From Lachnospiraceae bacterium (GTDB taxonomy: Bacteria; Bacillota; Clostridia; Lachnospirales; Lachnospiraceae): DNA of 64,000 bases. The notes below the pieces were generated by a model. It saw nothing but the letters and a program-made list of their open reading frames with translations, did no database searches and was not told where the DNA came from. Position numbers and translations under genes: made by a program. The stretch spans positions 26,069 to 90,068 of the forward strand of contig JAILGS010000090.1 of assembly GCA_024696615.1 (NCBI GenBank). Direction: 5' to 3'. This document shows, in pieces, positions 36,353 to 48,056 of the stretch. Positions within the stretch are counted from its first letter, which is position 1; each line of letters opens with the position of its first letter.

Positions 36353-36973
36353 ATGGCAAACGTATCTGTTTTAAATATGGAAGGTAAGGAAGTTGGTACC
36401 TTAGAGCTGAACGATGCAGTATTTGGTGTTGAAGTGAATGAACATCTTGTACACATGGCAGTTGTAAGCCAGCTTGCAAATAATCGTCAGGGAACTCAGA
36501 AGGCTAAGACTCGTTCTGAAGTTTCTGGTGGCGGAAGAAAGCCTTGGAGACAGAAGGGAACCGGTCATGCAAGACAGGGTTCAACCAGAGCTCCACAGTG
36601 GGCAGGTGGTGGAGTTGTATTTGCTCCAACCCCAAGAGATTATTCATTCAAGATGAATAAGAAGGAAAAGACTGCAGCTATTCTTTCTGCATTAACCTCT
36701 AAGGTTGCAGATAGCAAGATGGTAGTTGTAGATGAGCTTAAGCTTGATGAGATTAAGACAAAGAAGTTCGCTGAAGTACTCGGCAACTTAAAGGTAGAAA
36801 AGGCACTTGTTGTTTTAAGTGATCTTGACAACAACGTAATCCTTTCTGCTAAGAATATTCCAGGTGTTAAGACAGCACAGACCAACGAGATCAATGTATA
36901 TGATCTGTTAAAGTATGAGAACTTAGTAGTAACTAAGGATGCTGTTAAGAAAATCGAGGAGGTGTATGCATAA
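36353..36973 (+). CDS. rplD: 50S ribosomal protein L4
   Basis: 206 aa from ATG 36353, with GGAGGA RBS; [19 protein letters not shown]. Confidence 0.97.
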   Translation: MANVSVLNMEGKEVGTLELNDAVFGVEVNEHLVHMAVVSQLANNRQGTQKAKTRSEVSGGGRKPWRQKGTGHARQGSTRAPQWAGGGVVFAPTPRDYSFKMNKKEKTAAILSALTSKVADSKMVVVDELKLDEIKTKKFAEVLGNLKVEKALVVLSDLDNNVILSAKNIPGVKTAQTNEINVYDLLKYENLVVTKDAVKKIEEVYA

Positions 36974-37272
36974 TGGCAAACGTACAGTACTATGACGTAA
37001 TTTTAAAGCCAGTTGTAACGGAAAAGTCCATGGCTGATATGGCTGATAAGAAGTATACCTTCCTGGTAAATCCAGAAGCTAATAAGACCCAGATCAAGGA
37101 AGCTGTAGAGAAGATGTTCGAAGGAACCAAGGTTCTTTCTGTAAACACATTGAACAACGATGGTAAGAATAAGAGAAGAGGTATGGTAGTTGGTAAGACT
37201 GCTAAGACCAAGAAGGCAATCGTTAAGTTAACAGCAGAGTCCAAGGATATCGAAATTTTCCAGGGTCTGTAA
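36973..37272 (+). CDS. rplW: 50S ribosomal protein L23
   Basis: 99 aa, conserved position and sequence ([13 protein letters not shown]). Confidence 0.97.
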   Translation: MANVQYYDVILKPVVTEKSMADMADKKYTFLVNPEANKTQIKEAVEKMFEGTKVLSVNTLNNDGKNKRRGMVVGKTAKTKKAIVKLTAESKDIEIFQGL

Positions 37273-37338
37273 GAAGAAAGAAGTTGATTGGCGTAGACAA
37301 CAACAAATTATTGCGCCAAGTATGAAAGGAGTACAACA

Positions 37339-38184
37339 ATGGGTATTAAGACATATAACCCTTATACACCTTCGAGAAGAAATATGACCGGTTCTGATTT
37401 CTCAGAAATCACCAAGTCTTCTCCAGAGAAGTCCTTATTGGTTTCTTCTGGTAAGACTGCAGGTCGTAACAATCAGGGTAAGATTACTGTAAGACATCAC
37501 GGTGGTGGTGCTAAGAGAAAGTATAGAATTATTGATTTCAAGAGAAATCGTAAAGATGGAATTCCAGGTAAGGTTGTTGGTATCGAGTATGATCCTAACA
37601 GAACAGCTAATATCGCTTTAATCGCATATGCTGATGGCGAGAAGGCTTATATCCTTGCTCCTCAGGGACTTACAGATGGTATGACCGTAGTAAGTGGTCC
37701 TGATGCAGAAGTTAGAATTGGTAACAGCTTACCACTTTCTGCAGTTCCAGTTGGTACTCAGGTACACAACATTGAATTAATGCCAGGTAAGGGTGGACAG
37801 TTAGTTCGTTCTGCTGGTAATGCAGCTCAGTTAATGGCTAAGGAAGGCAAGTATGCAACACTTCGTTTACCTTCCGGTGAAATGAGAATGGTTCCTATTG
37901 AGTGCCGTGCTACCATCGGTGTTGTTGGTAACGGCGATCATAACCTTGTTAATATTGGTAAGGCTGGACGTAAGCGTCACATGGGTATCCGTCCTACTGT
38001 TCGTGGTTCCGTAATGAACCCTAATGACCATCCACATGGTGGTGGTGAAGGTAAGACTTCCGTTGGTAGACCAAGCCCTGTAACTCCATGGGGTAAGCCA
38101 GCACTTGGTTTAAAGACCAGAAAGAAGAACAAGCAGTCTAACAAGTTAATTGTTCGTAGAAGAGACGGCAAGGGTATTAAGTAA
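37339..38184 (+). CDS. rplB: 50S ribosomal protein L2
   Basis: 281 aa; [23 protein letters not shown]. Confidence 0.98.
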   Translation: MGIKTYNPYTPSRRNMTGSDFSEITKSSPEKSLLVSSGKTAGRNNQGKITVRHHGGGAKRKYRIIDFKRNRKDGIPGKVVGIEYDPNRTANIALIAYADGEKAYILAPQGLTDGMTVVSGPDAEVRIGNSLPLSAVPVGTQVHNIELMPGKGGQLVRSAGNAAQLMAKEGKYATLRLPSGEMRMVPIECRATIGVVGNGDHNLVNIGKAGRKRHMGIRPTVRGSVMNPNDHPHGGGEGKTSVGRPSPVTPWGKPALGLKTRKKNKQSNKLIVRRRDGKGIK

Positions 38185-38214
38185 ATTCGTTTGATAGAAT
38201 AAGGAGGAGAACCA

Positions 38215-38493
38215 ATGGCTCGTTCATTAAAGAAAGGACCTTTCGCAGATGCAAGTCTGTTAAAGAAGGTTGATGCTTTGAATGCATCTGGAGATAAGTC
38301 AGTAATTAAGACTTGGTCCAGACGTTCCACAATTTTCCCTTCTATGGTTGGACATACAATCGCTGTACATGATGGAAGAAAGCATGTTCCTGTATATGTA
38401 ACAGAAGATATGGTTGGCCACAAGTTAGGTGAATTCGTAGCAACAAGAACCTTTAGAGGTCATGGCGCTGACGCAAAGAAGAGTAAGAGATAA
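38215..38493 (+). CDS. rpsS: 30S ribosomal protein S19
   Basis: 92 aa; [21 protein letters not shown]. Confidence 0.98.
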   Translation: MARSLKKGPFADASLLKKVDALNASGDKSVIKTWSRRSTIFPSMVGHTIAVHDGRKHVPVYVTEDMVGHKLGEFVATRTFRGHGADAKKSKR

Positions 38494-38544
38494 TAAATAT
38501 ACCGATTCAGATAGAATCATACTTTGAAAGGAGGTTTCAGATCC

Positions 38545-38931
38545 ATGGCAAAAGGACATAGATCTCAAATCAAAAGAGAGAGAAATGCCAATAAGGACAC
38601 CAGACCATCAGCAACATTATCTTATGCTAGAGTCTCTGTTCAGAAGGCATGTTTCGTATTAGATGCTATTAGAGGCAAGGACTTAGAAACAGCACTTGGT
38701 ATTGTAACTTACAATCCAAGATATGCTTCTAGCTTAGTAAAGAAGCTTTTAATGTCTGCAGCAGCAAATGCAGAGAACAATAACGGTTTAGACCGTAGCA
38801 AGCTTTTCGTAGAAGAGTGTTATGCTAACGCAGCTCCAACAATGAAGAGAATTCATCCAAGAGCACAGGGTAGAGCATACAGAATCTTAAAGAGAAATAG
38901 TCATATCACTGTAGTTCTTAACGAAAAGTAA
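38545..38931 (+). CDS. rplV: 50S ribosomal protein L22
   Basis: 128 aa from ATG 38545, with AGGAGG RBS; position and sequence typical. Confidence 0.95.
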   Translation: MAKGHRSQIKRERNANKDTRPSATLSYARVSVQKACFVLDAIRGKDLETALGIVTYNPRYASSLVKKLLMSAAANAENNNGLDRSKLFVEECYANAAPTMKRIHPRAQGRAYRILKRNSHITVVLNEK

Positions 38932-38956
38932 GAACTGTAATTGAAAGGAGATTACA

Positions 38957-39625
38957 ATGGGACAGAAAGTTAACCCACATGGAATTAGAGTCGGTGTAAT
39001 CAAGGACTGGGATTCAAAGTGGTATGCAAGCACTAAGGATGATGAGTTTGCAAATAGCCTCGTTGAAGATTACAACATCAGAAAGTTCCTCAAGAAGAAG
39101 TTATATTCTGCAGGTATTTCAAAGATTGAAATTGAAAGAACTACAGATCGTTTAAAGGTTACCCTTTACACTGCTAAGCCAGGCGTTGTTATTGGTAAGG
39201 GCGGTGCTGATATCGAAGTAATCAAGAAGGAAGTTGAGAAGTTCACTTCTAAGAAGCTTACCCTTGATGTTAAGGAAGTTAAGAGACCTGACGTTGACGC
39301 TCAGCTCGTTGCTGAAAATATCGCTTCTCAGTTAGAGAATCGTGTATCTTTCCGTCGTGCTATGAAGTCTGCAATGTCTAGAACCATGAAGTCTAGAGAA
39401 GCTAAGGGTATTAAGACCGCAGTTTCCGGACGTCTTGGTGGTGCTGATATGGCTCGTTCCGAGTTCTATAGCGAAGGAACCATTCCACTTCAGACACTTC
39501 GTGCAAATATCGATTATGGTTTTGCAGAAGCAGATACAACATTTGGTAAGTTAGGTGTTAAGGTTTGGATCTACAAGGGTGAGGTCCTTCCTACCAAGAA
39601 GAATAAGGAAGGGAGCGAACAGTAA
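38957..39625 (+). CDS. rpsC: 30S ribosomal protein S3
   Basis: 222 aa; [13 protein letters not shown] and a KH domain. Confidence 0.98.
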   Translation: MGQKVNPHGIRVGVIKDWDSKWYASTKDDEFANSLVEDYNIRKFLKKKLYSAGISKIEIERTTDRLKVTLYTAKPGVVIGKGGADIEVIKKEVEKFTSKKLTLDVKEVKRPDVDAQLVAENIASQLENRVSFRRAMKSAMSRTMKSREAKGIKTAVSGRLGGADMARSEFYSEGTIPLQTLRANIDYGFAEADTTFGKLGVKVWIYKGEVLPTKKNKEGSEQ

Positions 39626-40062
39626 TGTTATTACCTAAGAGAGTAAAGCATCGTAAGCAGTTCCGTGGTCGTATGTCTGGTAAGGCTATCAGAGGCGGAG
39701 TTGTTAACCAGGGTGAATACGGTTTAGTTGCACTTGAGCCAGCTTGGATCAAGGCTAATCAGATTGAAGCAGCCAGAGTTGCCATGACACGTTACATTAA
39801 GCGTGGTGGTCAGGTTTGGATTAAGATTTTCCCAGATAAGCCAGTATCTTTAAAGCCTATCGGAGTTCGAATGGGTAAAGGTAAAGGTTCATTAGATTGT
39901 TGGGTAGCAGTAGTTAAGACTGGTCGTGTAATGTTCGAGATTGCTGGCGTTCCAGAAGAGACCGCAAAAGAAGCATTACGTCTTGCAATGCACAAGCTTC
40001 CAGTTAAGTGTAAGATCGTTAGTCGTGCAGAATTAGAAGGCGGTGAAGTGAATGAAAACTAA
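39625..40062 (+). CDS. rplP: 50S ribosomal protein L16
   Basis: 145 aa; [15 protein letters not shown]. Confidence 0.98.
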   Translation: MLLPKRVKHRKQFRGRMSGKAIRGGVVNQGEYGLVALEPAWIKANQIEAARVAMTRYIKRGGQVWIKIFPDKPVSLKPIGVRMGKGKGSLDCWVAVVKTGRVMFEIAGVPEETAKEALRLAMHKLPVKCKIVSRAELEGGEVNEN

Positions 40063-40252
40063 TAAGTATGTAGAAGATTTACAGAGCAAATCAGCTACAG
40101 AATTAAATAGTGATTTAGTAGCTGCTAAGAAGGAACTTTTCAATTTAAGATTCCAGAATGCAACCAATCAGTTAGAAAACACAAGCAGAATTAAGGAAGT
40201 TCGTAAGAACATCGCGAGAATCCAGACCGTTTTAGCTTCTAAGGCTGAGTAA
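40052..40252 (+). CDS. rpmC: 50S ribosomal protein L29
   Basis: 66 aa; [16 protein letters not shown]; overlaps the rplP end. Confidence 0.95.
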   Translation: MKTNKYVEDLQSKSATELNSDLVAAKKELFNLRFQNATNQLENTSRIKEVRKNIARIQTVLASKAE

Positions 40253-40289
40253 TTGTGTTTGATTGGATTTGTGAGAAAGGAGAATCGTT

Positions 40290-40544
40290 GTGGAAAGAAA
40301 TTTAAGAAAGACACGTACAGGACGTGTTATTAGTAATAAGATGGATAAGACAATCGTTGTTGCTGTAGAAGGCCATGTAAAGCATCCTCTTTACAACAAG
40401 ATCGTTAAGAGAACATATAAGTTAAAGGCTCATGATGAGAACAATGAGTGCTTAATTGGTGATGTTGTTAAGGTTATGGAGACCAGACCATTATCTAAGG
40501 ATAAGAGATGGAGATTCGTACAACTTATCAGCAGAGCAGAATAA
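40290..40544 (+). CDS. rpsQ: 30S ribosomal protein S17
   Basis: 84 aa, GTG start; [14 protein letters not shown]...HPLY.K. Confidence 0.96.
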   Translation: MERNLRKTRTGRVISNKMDKTIVVAVEGHVKHPLYNKIVKRTYKLKAHDENNECLIGDVVKVMETRPLSKDKRWRFVQLISRAE

Positions 40545-40568
40545 TGCAAGATTGAAAGGAGCAGTATT

Positions 40569-40937
40569 ATGATTCAGCAGGAATCCAGACTTAAGGTTGC
40601 CGATAATACCGGTGCTAAGGAACTCCTTTGCATTCGAGTATTAGGCGGATCAACCAGAAGATATGCCAATATCGGCGATGTTATCGTTGCTTCTGTTAAG
40701 GATGCAACACCAGGTGGCGTTGTTAAGAAGGGTGATGTAGTTAAGGCAGTTGTTGTTCGTACCGTAAAGACTACTCATCGTAAAGATGGTTCTTATATTA
40801 GATTTGACGAAAATGCAGCTGTTATCATCAAGGATGATAAGACCCCTAAGGGAACACGTATTTTTGGACCAGTAGCTAGAGAGTTAAGAGATAAGCAGTT
40901 CATGAAGATTGTATCTCTTGCTCCAGAAGTATTATAG
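40569..40937 (+). CDS. rplN: 50S ribosomal protein L14
   Basis: 122 aa; [18 protein letters not shown]. Confidence 0.98.
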   Translation: MIQQESRLKVADNTGAKELLCIRVLGGSTRRYANIGDVIVASVKDATPGGVVKKGDVVKAVVVRTVKTTHRKDGSYIRFDENAAVIIKDDKTPKGTRIFGPVARELRDKQFMKIVSLAPEVL

Positions 40938-40948
40938 GAGGAACCAAG

Positions 40949-41272
40949 ATGTCAGCTGTTAAGATTAAGAAGGGCGATTTAGTTAAGGTAATCGCTGGTA
41001 AGGATAAGGGTAAAGAAGGAAAGGTTGTTTCCGTAGACCCTAAGAACCATTCCGCAGTTGTTGAAGGGATTAACATGGTAACAAAGCATGCTAAGCCAAG
41101 CGCAGCGAATCAGCAGGGTGGTATCATTCACCAGGAAAGCTCAATTGACATTTCTAACATTCAGTTAATGTACAAGGGCAAGGCAACTAAGGTTGGTTAT
41201 AAGTTCGTTGAAGGTAAGAACGGACAGGAAAAAGTTCGCGTAGCTAAGGCTACTGGCGAAGTTATCGAGTAA
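40949..41272 (+). CDS. rplX: 50S ribosomal protein L24
   Basis: 107 aa; KIKKGDLVKVIAGKDKGKEGKV (KOW). Confidence 0.96.
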   Translation: MSAVKIKKGDLVKVIAGKDKGKEGKVVSVDPKNHSAVVEGINMVTKHAKPSAANQQGGIIHQESSIDISNIQLMYKGKATKVGYKFVEGKNGQEKVRVAKATGEVIE

Positions 41273-41294
41273 TTGAGGAAGGAGGCTAACAAAG

Positions 41295-41837
41295 TTGAGT
41301 AGCAGACTTAAAGATTTATACAATAATGAGATTGTAGACGCAATGACTAAGAAGTTTGGATACAAGAATGTAATGGAAGTACCTAAGCTTGATAAGATTG
41401 TTATTAATATGGGTGTCGGAGAAGCTAAGGAAAATTCCAAGGTTCTTGATGTTGCTGTTCGTGAGCTTGAGACAATCGCAGGCCAGAAGGCAGTATTAAC
41501 ACGTGCTAAGAACTCTATAGCTAACTTCAAGATTCGTGAAGGTATGGCAATCGGATGTAAGGTTACTTTACGTAGCGATAAGATGTATGAGTTCTTAGAT
41601 CGTCTTGTAAATCTTGCATTACCACGTGTACGTGACTTCCGTGGTGTTAGCGCAGATTCATTTGATGGAAGAGGAAATTATGCATTAGGTCTCAAGGAAC
41701 AGATTATTTTCCCTGAAATCGAATATGATAAGATTGATAAGGTTAGAGGTATGGACATTATTGTTGTTACTACCGCTAAGACAGATGAAGAAGCTCGTGA
41801 GTTATTGAGATTATTCAATATGCCATTTAAGAGATAA
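41295..41837 (+). CDS. rplE: 50S ribosomal protein L5
   Basis: 180 aa, TTG start after GGAGG; [10 protein letters not shown]..., NMGVGEA. Confidence 0.96.
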   Translation: MSSRLKDLYNNEIVDAMTKKFGYKNVMEVPKLDKIVINMGVGEAKENSKVLDVAVRELETIAGQKAVLTRAKNSIANFKIREGMAIGCKVTLRSDKMYEFLDRLVNLALPRVRDFRGVSADSFDGRGNYALGLKEQIIFPEIEYDKIDKVRGMDIIVVTTAKTDEEARELLRLFNMPFKR

Positions 41838-41855
41838 TTATAGGAGGGAAATTCG

Positions 41856-42041
41856 ATGGCTAAGACTTCAATGAAGGTAAAGCAGCAGCGTGCACCAAAG
41901 TTCTCTACTAGAGCTTATACTCGTTGTAGAATTTGTGGTCGTCCACATGCGTTTTTAAAGAAATACGGAATCTGCAGAATTTGCTTCCGTGAGTTAGCAT
42001 ATAAGGGCCAGATCCCAGGTGTTAAGAAGGCATCTTGGTAA
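41856..42041 (+). CDS. rpsN: 30S ribosomal protein S14 type Z (zinc form)
   Basis: 61 aa; [23 protein letters not shown] with two CxxC pairs. Confidence 0.96.
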   Translation: MAKTSMKVKQQRAPKFSTRAYTRCRICGRPHAFLKKYGICRICFRELAYKGQIPGVKKASW

Positions 42042-42075
42042 GAGGCAATGTTAAGATAAGGAGGAAACAAATAAA

Positions 42076-42480
42076 ATGACAGATCCAATTGCAGATATGC
42101 TTACAAGAATCCGTAATGCAAATACCGCAAAGCACGATACAGTTGATGTTCCATCTTCTAAGATGAAGGTCTCTATCGCAGAGATCCTTCTCAAGGAAGG
42201 TTATATCAAGAGTTTTGAACTTGTTGATGATGAGAAGATTAAGAATGTGAAGAACATTCATATTACATTAAAGTACGGTAGCGATAAGAACGAGAAGATC
42301 ATCTCCGGTATTAAGAGAATCTCTAAGCCAGGTCTTCGTGTTTACGCTAACTGTGAAGATCTTCCTAAGGTACTTGGTGGCCTTGGAACTGCTGTAATTT
42401 CAACCAATCAGGGTGTTGTTACGGATAAGGAAGCAAGAAAGCTTCATGTTGGTGGCGAAGTTCTTCTCTTCGTTTGGTAA
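42076..42480 (+). CDS. rpsH: 30S ribosomal protein S8
   Basis: 134 aa; [15 protein letters not shown]. Confidence 0.98.
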   Translation: MTDPIADMLTRIRNANTAKHDTVDVPSSKMKVSIAEILLKEGYIKSFELVDDEKIKNVKNIHITLKYGSDKNEKIISGIKRISKPGLRVYANCEDLPKVLGGLGTAVISTNQGVVTDKEARKLHVGGEVLLFVW

Positions 42481-42524
42481 TTAGTTATTAATCATAAATG
42501 TATTATTTATAGGAGGTACACGGC

Positions 42525-43064
42525 ATGTCACGTATAGGAAGAATGCCTATCGCTATTCCTGCAGGTGTTACTGTAGAAGTAGCAGAAAATAATAAAGTGA
42601 CTGTAAAGGGACCAAAGGGAACTCTCGAGAGAGTATTACCTATTGAGATGGAAATCAAGGTAGAAGGAGCAGAAGTAACTGTTTCTCGTCCTAACGATCT
42701 CAAGAGAATGAAGTCCTTACACGGTTTAACCAGAACCCTCATCAATAACATGGTTATTGGTGTAAATGATGGTTATCAGAAGGAACTTGAAATCAACGGT
42801 GTTGGTTACAGAGCTTCTAAGAAGGGAAAGACCTTAGTATTAGCCCTTGGTTATTCTCATCCAGTTGAGATGGAAGATCCAGAAGGAATCGAGTCTGTTG
42901 TAGCAGAAAACAAGATTACCATTAAGGGTATTGATAAAGAAAAAGTTGGACAGTACGCTGCTGAAATCCGCGCTAAGAGAGGACCTGAACCATATAAGGG
43001 TAAGGGTATTAAGTATGTGGATGAAACTATCAGACGTAAGGTCGGTAAGACTGGTAAGAAATAA
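42525..43064 (+). CDS. rplF: 50S ribosomal protein L6
   Basis: 179 aa; [15 protein letters not shown]. Confidence 0.98.
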   Translation: MSRIGRMPIAIPAGVTVEVAENNKVTVKGPKGTLERVLPIEMEIKVEGAEVTVSRPNDLKRMKSLHGLTRTLINNMVIGVNDGYQKELEINGVGYRASKKGKTLVLALGYSHPVEMEDPEGIESVVAENKITIKGIDKEKVGQYAAEIRAKRGPEPYKGKGIKYVDETIRRKVGKTGKK

Positions 43065-43082
43065 TTAAAGGAGTGAAACAAG

Positions 43083-43451
43083 ATGGTTAGTAAGAAGTCT
43101 AGAACAGAAGTTCGTGAAAAGAAACATAAGAAGTTACGTAACCGTTTCAGCGGTACTGCTGAAAGACCACGTTTAGCTGTGTTCAGAAGTAATAATCATA
43201 TGTACGCTCAGATTATTGACGACACAGTTGGAAAGACATTGGTAGCAGCTTCTACATTAGAGAAGGATGCTAAGGCTGAACTTTCTAAGACCAATGATGT
43301 TGCAGCAGCTGCCTACGTAGGAACCTTAATTGCAAAGAAAGCTCTTGAGAAGGGTATCACTACAGTAGTTTATGATCGTGGTGGTATGATCTATCAGGGT
43401 AAAGTAAAGGCATTAGCAGACGCAGCTCGTGAAGCTGGTCTTGAGTTCTAG
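43083..43451 (+). CDS. rplR: 50S ribosomal protein L18
   Basis: 122 aa; [20 protein letters not shown]. Confidence 0.97.
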   Translation: MVSKKSRTEVREKKHKKLRNRFSGTAERPRLAVFRSNNHMYAQIIDDTVGKTLVAASTLEKDAKAELSKTNDVAAAAYVGTLIAKKALEKGITTVVYDRGGMIYQGKVKALADAAREAGLEF

Positions 43452-43469
43452 TAGGGAGGAGAAACATAA

Positions 43470-43979
43470 ATGAAACGTACAATCATTGATCCTAGTAATA
43501 TGGAAATCCAGGAGAAAGTTGTATCAATCAAGCGCGTTGTCAAGGTAGTAAAGGGTGGACGTAATATGCGTTTCTCCGCTTTAGTAGTAGTTGGCGATGG
43601 CAACGGTCACGTTGGCGCTGGTATTGGTAAGGCTGCAGAAGTTCCTGAAGCAATCCGTAAGGGTAAGGAAGATGCATTAAAGCATTTGGTTGAAGTTCCA
43701 GTTGATCAGAATAAGTCTATTCCTCATGATCTCTATGGAAGATTCGGTAGTGCTAATGTATTATTAAAGAGAGCTCCAGAAGGTACTGGTGTAATCGCAG
43801 GTGGTCCTGCTCGTTCCGTGATCGAGCTTGCAGGTATTAAGAATATTCGTACAAAGTCTCTTGGCTCTAACAACAAGCAGAACGTAGTATATGCTACAAT
43901 CGCTGGTTTAAGCCAGTTAAAGACTCCAGAAGAAGTTGCTAAGCTTCGTGGCAAGTCAGTAGAAGAGCTTTATAACTAA
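43470..43979 (+). CDS. rpsE: 30S ribosomal protein S5
   Basis: 169 aa; [18 protein letters not shown]. Confidence 0.98.
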   Translation: MKRTIIDPSNMEIQEKVVSIKRVVKVVKGGRNMRFSALVVVGDGNGHVGAGIGKAAEVPEAIRKGKEDALKHLVEVPVDQNKSIPHDLYGRFGSANVLLKRAPEGTGVIAGGPARSVIELAGIKNIRTKSLGSNNKQNVVYATIAGLSQLKTPEEVAKLRGKSVEELYN

Positions 43980-43996
43980 GAAGGAGGGCGAGAAAA

Positions 43997-44176
43997 ATGG
44001 CAGAAACTTTAAAGATTACTTTAGTAAAATCTCCTATCGGCGCAATCCCTAAGCAGGTTAAGACTGTTGAAGCTCTTGGTCTTCGTAAGCTTCATCAGAC
44101 TGTTGAACTTCCTGATAATGCAGCAACTAGAGGTATGGTTCAGAAGGTTAGACACCTGGTTAAGGTTGAAGAGTAA
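43997..44176 (+). CDS. rpmD: 50S ribosomal protein L30
   Basis: Not in the supplied track (59 aa). ATG 43997 follows AAGGAGGG. Translation [59 protein letters not shown] is canonical L30, in the expected slot between rpsE and rplO. Confidence 0.93.
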   Translation: MAETLKITLVKSPIGAIPKQVKTVEALGLRKLHQTVELPDNAATRGMVQKVRHLVKVEE

Positions 44177-44191
44177 TTAAGGAGGAAAATA

Positions 44192-44632
44192 ATGGACTTA
44201 TCTAATTTACAGCCTGCTGTAGGTTCTAAGCAGAGCGATAATTTCAGAAGAGGCCGTGGACACGGTTCAGGAAATGGTAAGACCGCAGGTAAGGGACATA
44301 AGGGACAGAAGGCTCGTTCAGGAGCTCCAAGACCTGGTTTCGAAGGTGGCCAGATGCCATTATACAGAAGAATTCCTAAGAGAGGATTCACTAATAGAAA
44401 TTACAAGGAAATCATCGGCATCAATGTTAGTGCTCTTGAGAAGTTTGAAAATGGAGCTGAGGTTACTGTTGATTCATTAATCGAAGCTGGTATTGTATCT
44501 AATCCAAGAGATGGCGTTAAGATCCTTGGAAACGGTGAGCTTACAAAGAAGCTTACTGTTAAGGTTAATGCATTTTCTGCAACTGCTAAGGCTAAGATCG
44601 AAGCTGCAGGCGGTTCTGTTGAGGTGATCTAA
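44192..44632 (+). CDS. rplO: 50S ribosomal protein L15
   Basis: 146 aa; [24 protein letters not shown]. Confidence 0.97.
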   Translation: MDLSNLQPAVGSKQSDNFRRGRGHGSGNGKTAGKGHKGQKARSGAPRPGFEGGQMPLYRRIPKRGFTNRNYKEIIGINVSALEKFENGAEVTVDSLIEAGIVSNPRDGVKILGNGELTKKLTVKVNAFSATAKAKIEAAGGSVEVI

Positions 44633-45945
44633 TGTTAAAAACACTCCGTGACGCATTTAAGGTAAAAGAACTTCGAAATAAGATCTTCTATACCTTCTTA
44701 ATGTTAGTTGTAATAAGAATCGGAAGCTTGCTTCCGATTCCTGGAGTTGACACCACATATTTTAATTCCCTGTTTGATCAGAGTAATGATGCATTCGAGG
44801 TATTAAATGCGTTTACTGGTGGTTCTTTCTTGCAGATGTCCGTATTTGCATTAAGTATTACACCATACATCACATCTTCCATTATCATGCAGCTCATGAC
44901 CATTGCAATTCCTAAATTAGAGGAAATGCAGAAGGAAGGTGAGGATGGACGTAAGAAGATTGCAGAAATCACAAGATATGTGACCGTTGCATTAGCTCTT
45001 TTTGAGAGTGTTGTAATGGCTATTGGCTTTGGTTCCTCAGGATTGATTAAAAATTATGCAGCAATGAGCACAGGTGCTCGTGTCTGGTCAGTAATTATTA
45101 TCATTTGCTGTTTAACTGCAGGCTCTGCATTGCTTATGTGGATCGGTGAGAATATCACTGAAAAGGGAGTAGGTAACGGAATTTCCATCGTATTGTTATT
45201 CAATATCGTATCAAGAATTCCAGAAGATATGTATACATTGTTTGCGAATTTCGTATTCAATCAGGAAGTAGCAAGGGGGGTACTTGCAGCACTTATTATT
45301 ATTGCAGTAATTGTAGTAATGGTAGTTCTTGTATGTATTCTTCAGGATGCTGTACGTAAGATCCCAGTTCAGTATTCTCAGAAGGTTGTAGGAAGAAAGA
45401 GTATGGGAGGAAACAGTTCCGTAATTCCTTTAAAGGTAAATACGGCAGGTGTTATCCCAGTAATCTTTGCCTCATCCTTACTGTCAACACCAATTATCAT
45501 TGCGCAGTTCTTAGGCTATACAGCTGAATGGACAAGATACTTGAGTTCCTCCTATTGGTGTAACCCACAGTATCCTAAGTATACAATCGGATTAGTAGTA
45601 TATATTGTATTAGTAGTATTCTTTGCATACTTCTATACATCCATTACCTTTAATCCATTAGAAGTTGCTAATAACTTAAAGAAGTCCGGTGGATTTATCC
45701 CAGGTATTCGTCCTGGTAAGCCAACTTCCGATAAGTTGAATGAACTTTTAAATTATATTGTATTTATTGGTGCCATTGGTCTGATTATTGTCTGTGTAAT
45801 TCCAATTGTGATTTCCGGCGTATTCAAGGCTAGTGTATCTTTCAGTGGAACATCCTTAATCATTATCGTAGGTGTTGTACTGGAAACTCTGAAGTCCATC
45901 GAATCCCAGATGGTAGTTCGTACCTATAAGGGATTCTTAAAGTAG
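44632..45945 (+). CDS. secY: preprotein translocase subunit SecY
   Basis: 437 aa, ten hydrophobic segments, conserved position after rplO. Confidence 0.97.
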   Translation: MLKTLRDAFKVKELRNKIFYTFLMLVVIRIGSLLPIPGVDTTYFNSLFDQSNDAFEVLNAFTGGSFLQMSVFALSITPYITSSIIMQLMTIAIPKLEEMQKEGEDGRKKIAEITRYVTVALALFESVVMAIGFGSSGLIKNYAAMSTGARVWSVIIIICCLTAGSALLMWIGENITEKGVGNGISIVLLFNIVSRIPEDMYTLFANFVFNQEVARGVLAALIIIAVIVVMVVLVCILQDAVRKIPVQYSQKVVGRKSMGGNSSVIPLKVNTAGVIPVIFASSLLSTPIIIAQFLGYTAEWTRYLSSSYWCNPQYPKYTIGLVVYIVLVVFFAYFYTSITFNPLEVANNLKKSGGFIPGIRPGKPTSDKLNELLNYIVFIGAIGLIIVCVIPIVISGVFKASVSFSGTSLIIIVGVVLETLKSIESQMVVRTYKGFLK

Positions 45946-45965
45946 AAGAGAGTAGTTGACTGATG

Positions 45966-46004
45966 ACTTGCCCGGGAATAATTTATGTTTCCGGGCAAGT
46001 TTTA
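45966..46004 (+). terminator. hairpin / partial terminator between secY and adk
   Basis: ACTTGCCCGGGAA...TTCCGGGCAAGT stem followed by TTTT. Confidence 0.55.
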
Positions 46005-46038
46005 GGTATTAATGAAAAAAAATTGGAGGTTGTACCCT

Positions 46039-46683
46039 ATGAAGATTATTATGTTAGGTGCTCCTGGTGCTGGTAAGGGCACACAGGCAAAAATGATTGC
46101 AAGCAAATATACCATTCCACACATTTCTACCGGTGATATTTTCCGTGCCAATATTAAGAACGGAACCGAACTTGGTAAGAAGGCAAAGACTTATATGGAT
46201 CAGGGCCTTTTAGTACCGGATGAACTTGTTGTAGATCTGATCATGGATCGTTTTAAGGAAGCAGATTGTGCTAATGGTTATGTCTTAGATGGTTTCCCAA
46301 GAACCATTCCTCAGGCAGAAGCTTTGGACAAGGCATTAGCAGAGGCTGGAACAAAGGTTGATGTTGCAATCAATGTAGAAGTACCTGATGAGAATATCGT
46401 TAATCGTATGGGCGGTCGTCGTGCATGCGTTGGCTGTGGTGCTACCTATCATATTGTATATAATCCAACCAAGGTGGACGGTGTATGTGATACCTGTGGT
46501 AAGGAATTAATCTTACGTGATGATGATAAGCCAGAGACTGTTCAGAAGAGATTAAATGTTTACCATGAGCAGACAGAACCACTGATTAAGTACTATACCA
46601 ATAAGGGTATTTTAAAAGAGGTTGATGGAACTGTGGATATGAATGATGTATTTGCAGCAATCGTCAATATCTTAGGAGAGTAA
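46039..46683 (+). CDS. adk: adenylate kinase (zinc-lid type)
   Basis: 214 aa from ATG 46039, after GGAGG; GAPGAGKGTQ P-loop; lid CVGCG...CDTCG. Confidence 0.97.
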   Translation: MKIIMLGAPGAGKGTQAKMIASKYTIPHISTGDIFRANIKNGTELGKKAKTYMDQGLLVPDELVVDLIMDRFKEADCANGYVLDGFPRTIPQAEALDKALAEAGTKVDVAINVEVPDENIVNRMGGRRACVGCGATYHIVYNPTKVDGVCDTCGKELILRDDDKPETVQKRLNVYHEQTEPLIKYYTNKGILKEVDGTVDMNDVFAAIVNILGE

Positions 46684-46685
46684 TC

Positions 46686-47447
46686 ATGGCAGTAGCAATT
46701 AGATCCCAGCGAGAAATCGAGTTATTAAGAGAAGCAGGAAAACGTCTCGCAGATCTTCATGATTATCTGGGTACGTTGATTCGACCAGGAATCTCTACCC
46801 TGGAATTAGATCATAAAGCATATGATTATATTAAGAAGTTAAAGGATTGTACTCCTTCCTTCTTAAATTATGATGGATTTCCTAATAGTTTATGTATTTC
46901 TATTAATGAAGAAATTGTTCATGGAATTCCTAAAAAGCATACCTTCTTAAAAGAAGGGGACATCGTAACCATCGATGCAGGAGTTACTTATAAGGCATAT
47001 TATTCCGATGCTGCAAGAACTTACATGGTGGGTGAAGTAAAGCCTGAGATTCGTGATTTGGTACAGCACACCGAAGAAAGCTTTTTCGAGGCGATTAAAT
47101 GTGCACAAGCTGGACATCATTTGCATGAAATCTGTGCAGCAGTGGATGATTATATTACACCATTCGGATATGGAATCATTCGTGAGTTATGTGGTCACGG
47201 CGTAGGAACGGATCTTCACGAAGATCCACAGATCCCAAACTTCCGTCAGGAAACCCGAGGCATTAAGTTAAAGCCCGGCATGGTACTTGCGGTGGAGCCA
47301 ATGATTGCTCTGAAAAATCCGGAAGTGGAATGGCAGGAGGATGGATGGGGTGTTATCACCAAGGATCATTCCCCAGTCAGCCATTATGAGAACACCATTC
47401 TCATTACTCCTGAGGGAGAGCCAGAGATTCTTACATTAAATCGATAA
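46686..47447 (+). CDS. map: type I methionine aminopeptidase
   Basis: 253 aa; metal ligands in the contexts DAGV, HGVG and EPMI. Confidence 0.95.
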   Translation: MAVAIRSQREIELLREAGKRLADLHDYLGTLIRPGISTLELDHKAYDYIKKLKDCTPSFLNYDGFPNSLCISINEEIVHGIPKKHTFLKEGDIVTIDAGVTYKAYYSDAARTYMVGEVKPEIRDLVQHTEESFFEAIKCAQAGHHLHEICAAVDDYITPFGYGIIRELCGHGVGTDLHEDPQIPNFRQETRGIKLKPGMVLAVEPMIALKNPEVEWQEDGWGVITKDHSPVSHYENTILITPEGEPEILTLNR

Positions 47448-47462
47448 TATAATATAGAAGGA

Positions 47463-47723
47463 ATGCAAGAATTTATGGAGATGAAGAGAGGATGTCTTGC
47501 GAAATCTTTGGCAGGACATGATAAAGATGAAATATATGTCATCCTATCCGTGGATGCCAATGTAGCATATGTGGCGGACGGTCGTTTAAAGACCATATCT
47601 GCGCCAAAGAAAAAAAAGTGTAAACATTTGCAAGGGATTGGAGTGTTTACCGAAGCATTGGATCGGGATGAAGAGATTAAGAGAGCAATTAAGGAATACA
47701 AGTTGTCGTTGGTGTCAAAGTAG
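47463..47723 (+). CDS. small KOW-domain RNA-binding-type protein
   Basis: ~82-86 aa; start ambiguous (ATG 47463/47475/47481). GCLAKSLAGHDKDEIYVI is KOW-like. Occupies the map-infA slot, as in many Clostridia. Confidence 0.6.
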   Translation: MQEFMEMKRGCLAKSLAGHDKDEIYVILSVDANVAYVADGRLKTISAPKKKKCKHLQGIGVFTEALDRDEEIKRAIKEYKLSLVSK

Positions 47724-47751
47724 GCACATGAATTAGGAGGAAATTTTTTAT

Positions 47752-47970
47752 ATGTCTAAGGCAGATGTAATTGAAATCGAAGGAACTGTGATTGAAAAGT
47801 TACCAAATGCAATGTTTCAGGTAGAGTTGGAAAATGGTCATCAGGTGCTTGCGCACATCAGCGGAAAATTAAGAATGAATTATATTCGTATCTTACCTGG
47901 TGATAAGGTTACCATTGAATTAAGTCCATATGACTTATCCAAGGGAAGAATTATCTGGAGAGATAAGTAA
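47752..47970 (+). CDS. infA: translation initiation factor IF-1
   Basis: 72 aa; [30 protein letters not shown]. Confidence 0.98.
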   Translation: MSKADVIEIEGTVIEKLPNAMFQVELENGHQVLAHISGKLRMNYIRILPGDKVTIELSPYDLSKGRIIWRDK

Positions 47971-47999
47971 GAGTTCTTTTTAAGAAGAAAGATTGGAAC

Positions 48000-48028
48000 C
48001 AGGAAGGATTGGTAAAAAATCCTTCCTG
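48000..48028 (+). terminator. strong hairpin after infA (terminator-like, no U-tract)
   Basis: 11-bp perfect stem CAGGAAGGATT / AATCCTTCCTG with a 7-nt loop. Not followed by a T run, so it could be a processing or stability element instead. Confidence 0.4.
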
Positions 48029-48056
48029 TGTATCTAATAAAGTACAAGAAACAATC

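Noticed and set aside
37977-38423. 148-aa minus-strand ORF across the rplB/rpsS junction.
   Set aside because: It is antisense to two unmistakable ribosomal protein genes, has no RBS and has low-complexity composition. It is a shadow ORF.
41165-41530. 121-aa minus-strand ORF across rplX/rplE. The same applies to the other listed minus-strand ORFs inside the S10-spc-alpha cluster.
   Set aside because: It is antisense to highly conserved genes, and the open frames are an artefact of codon bias.
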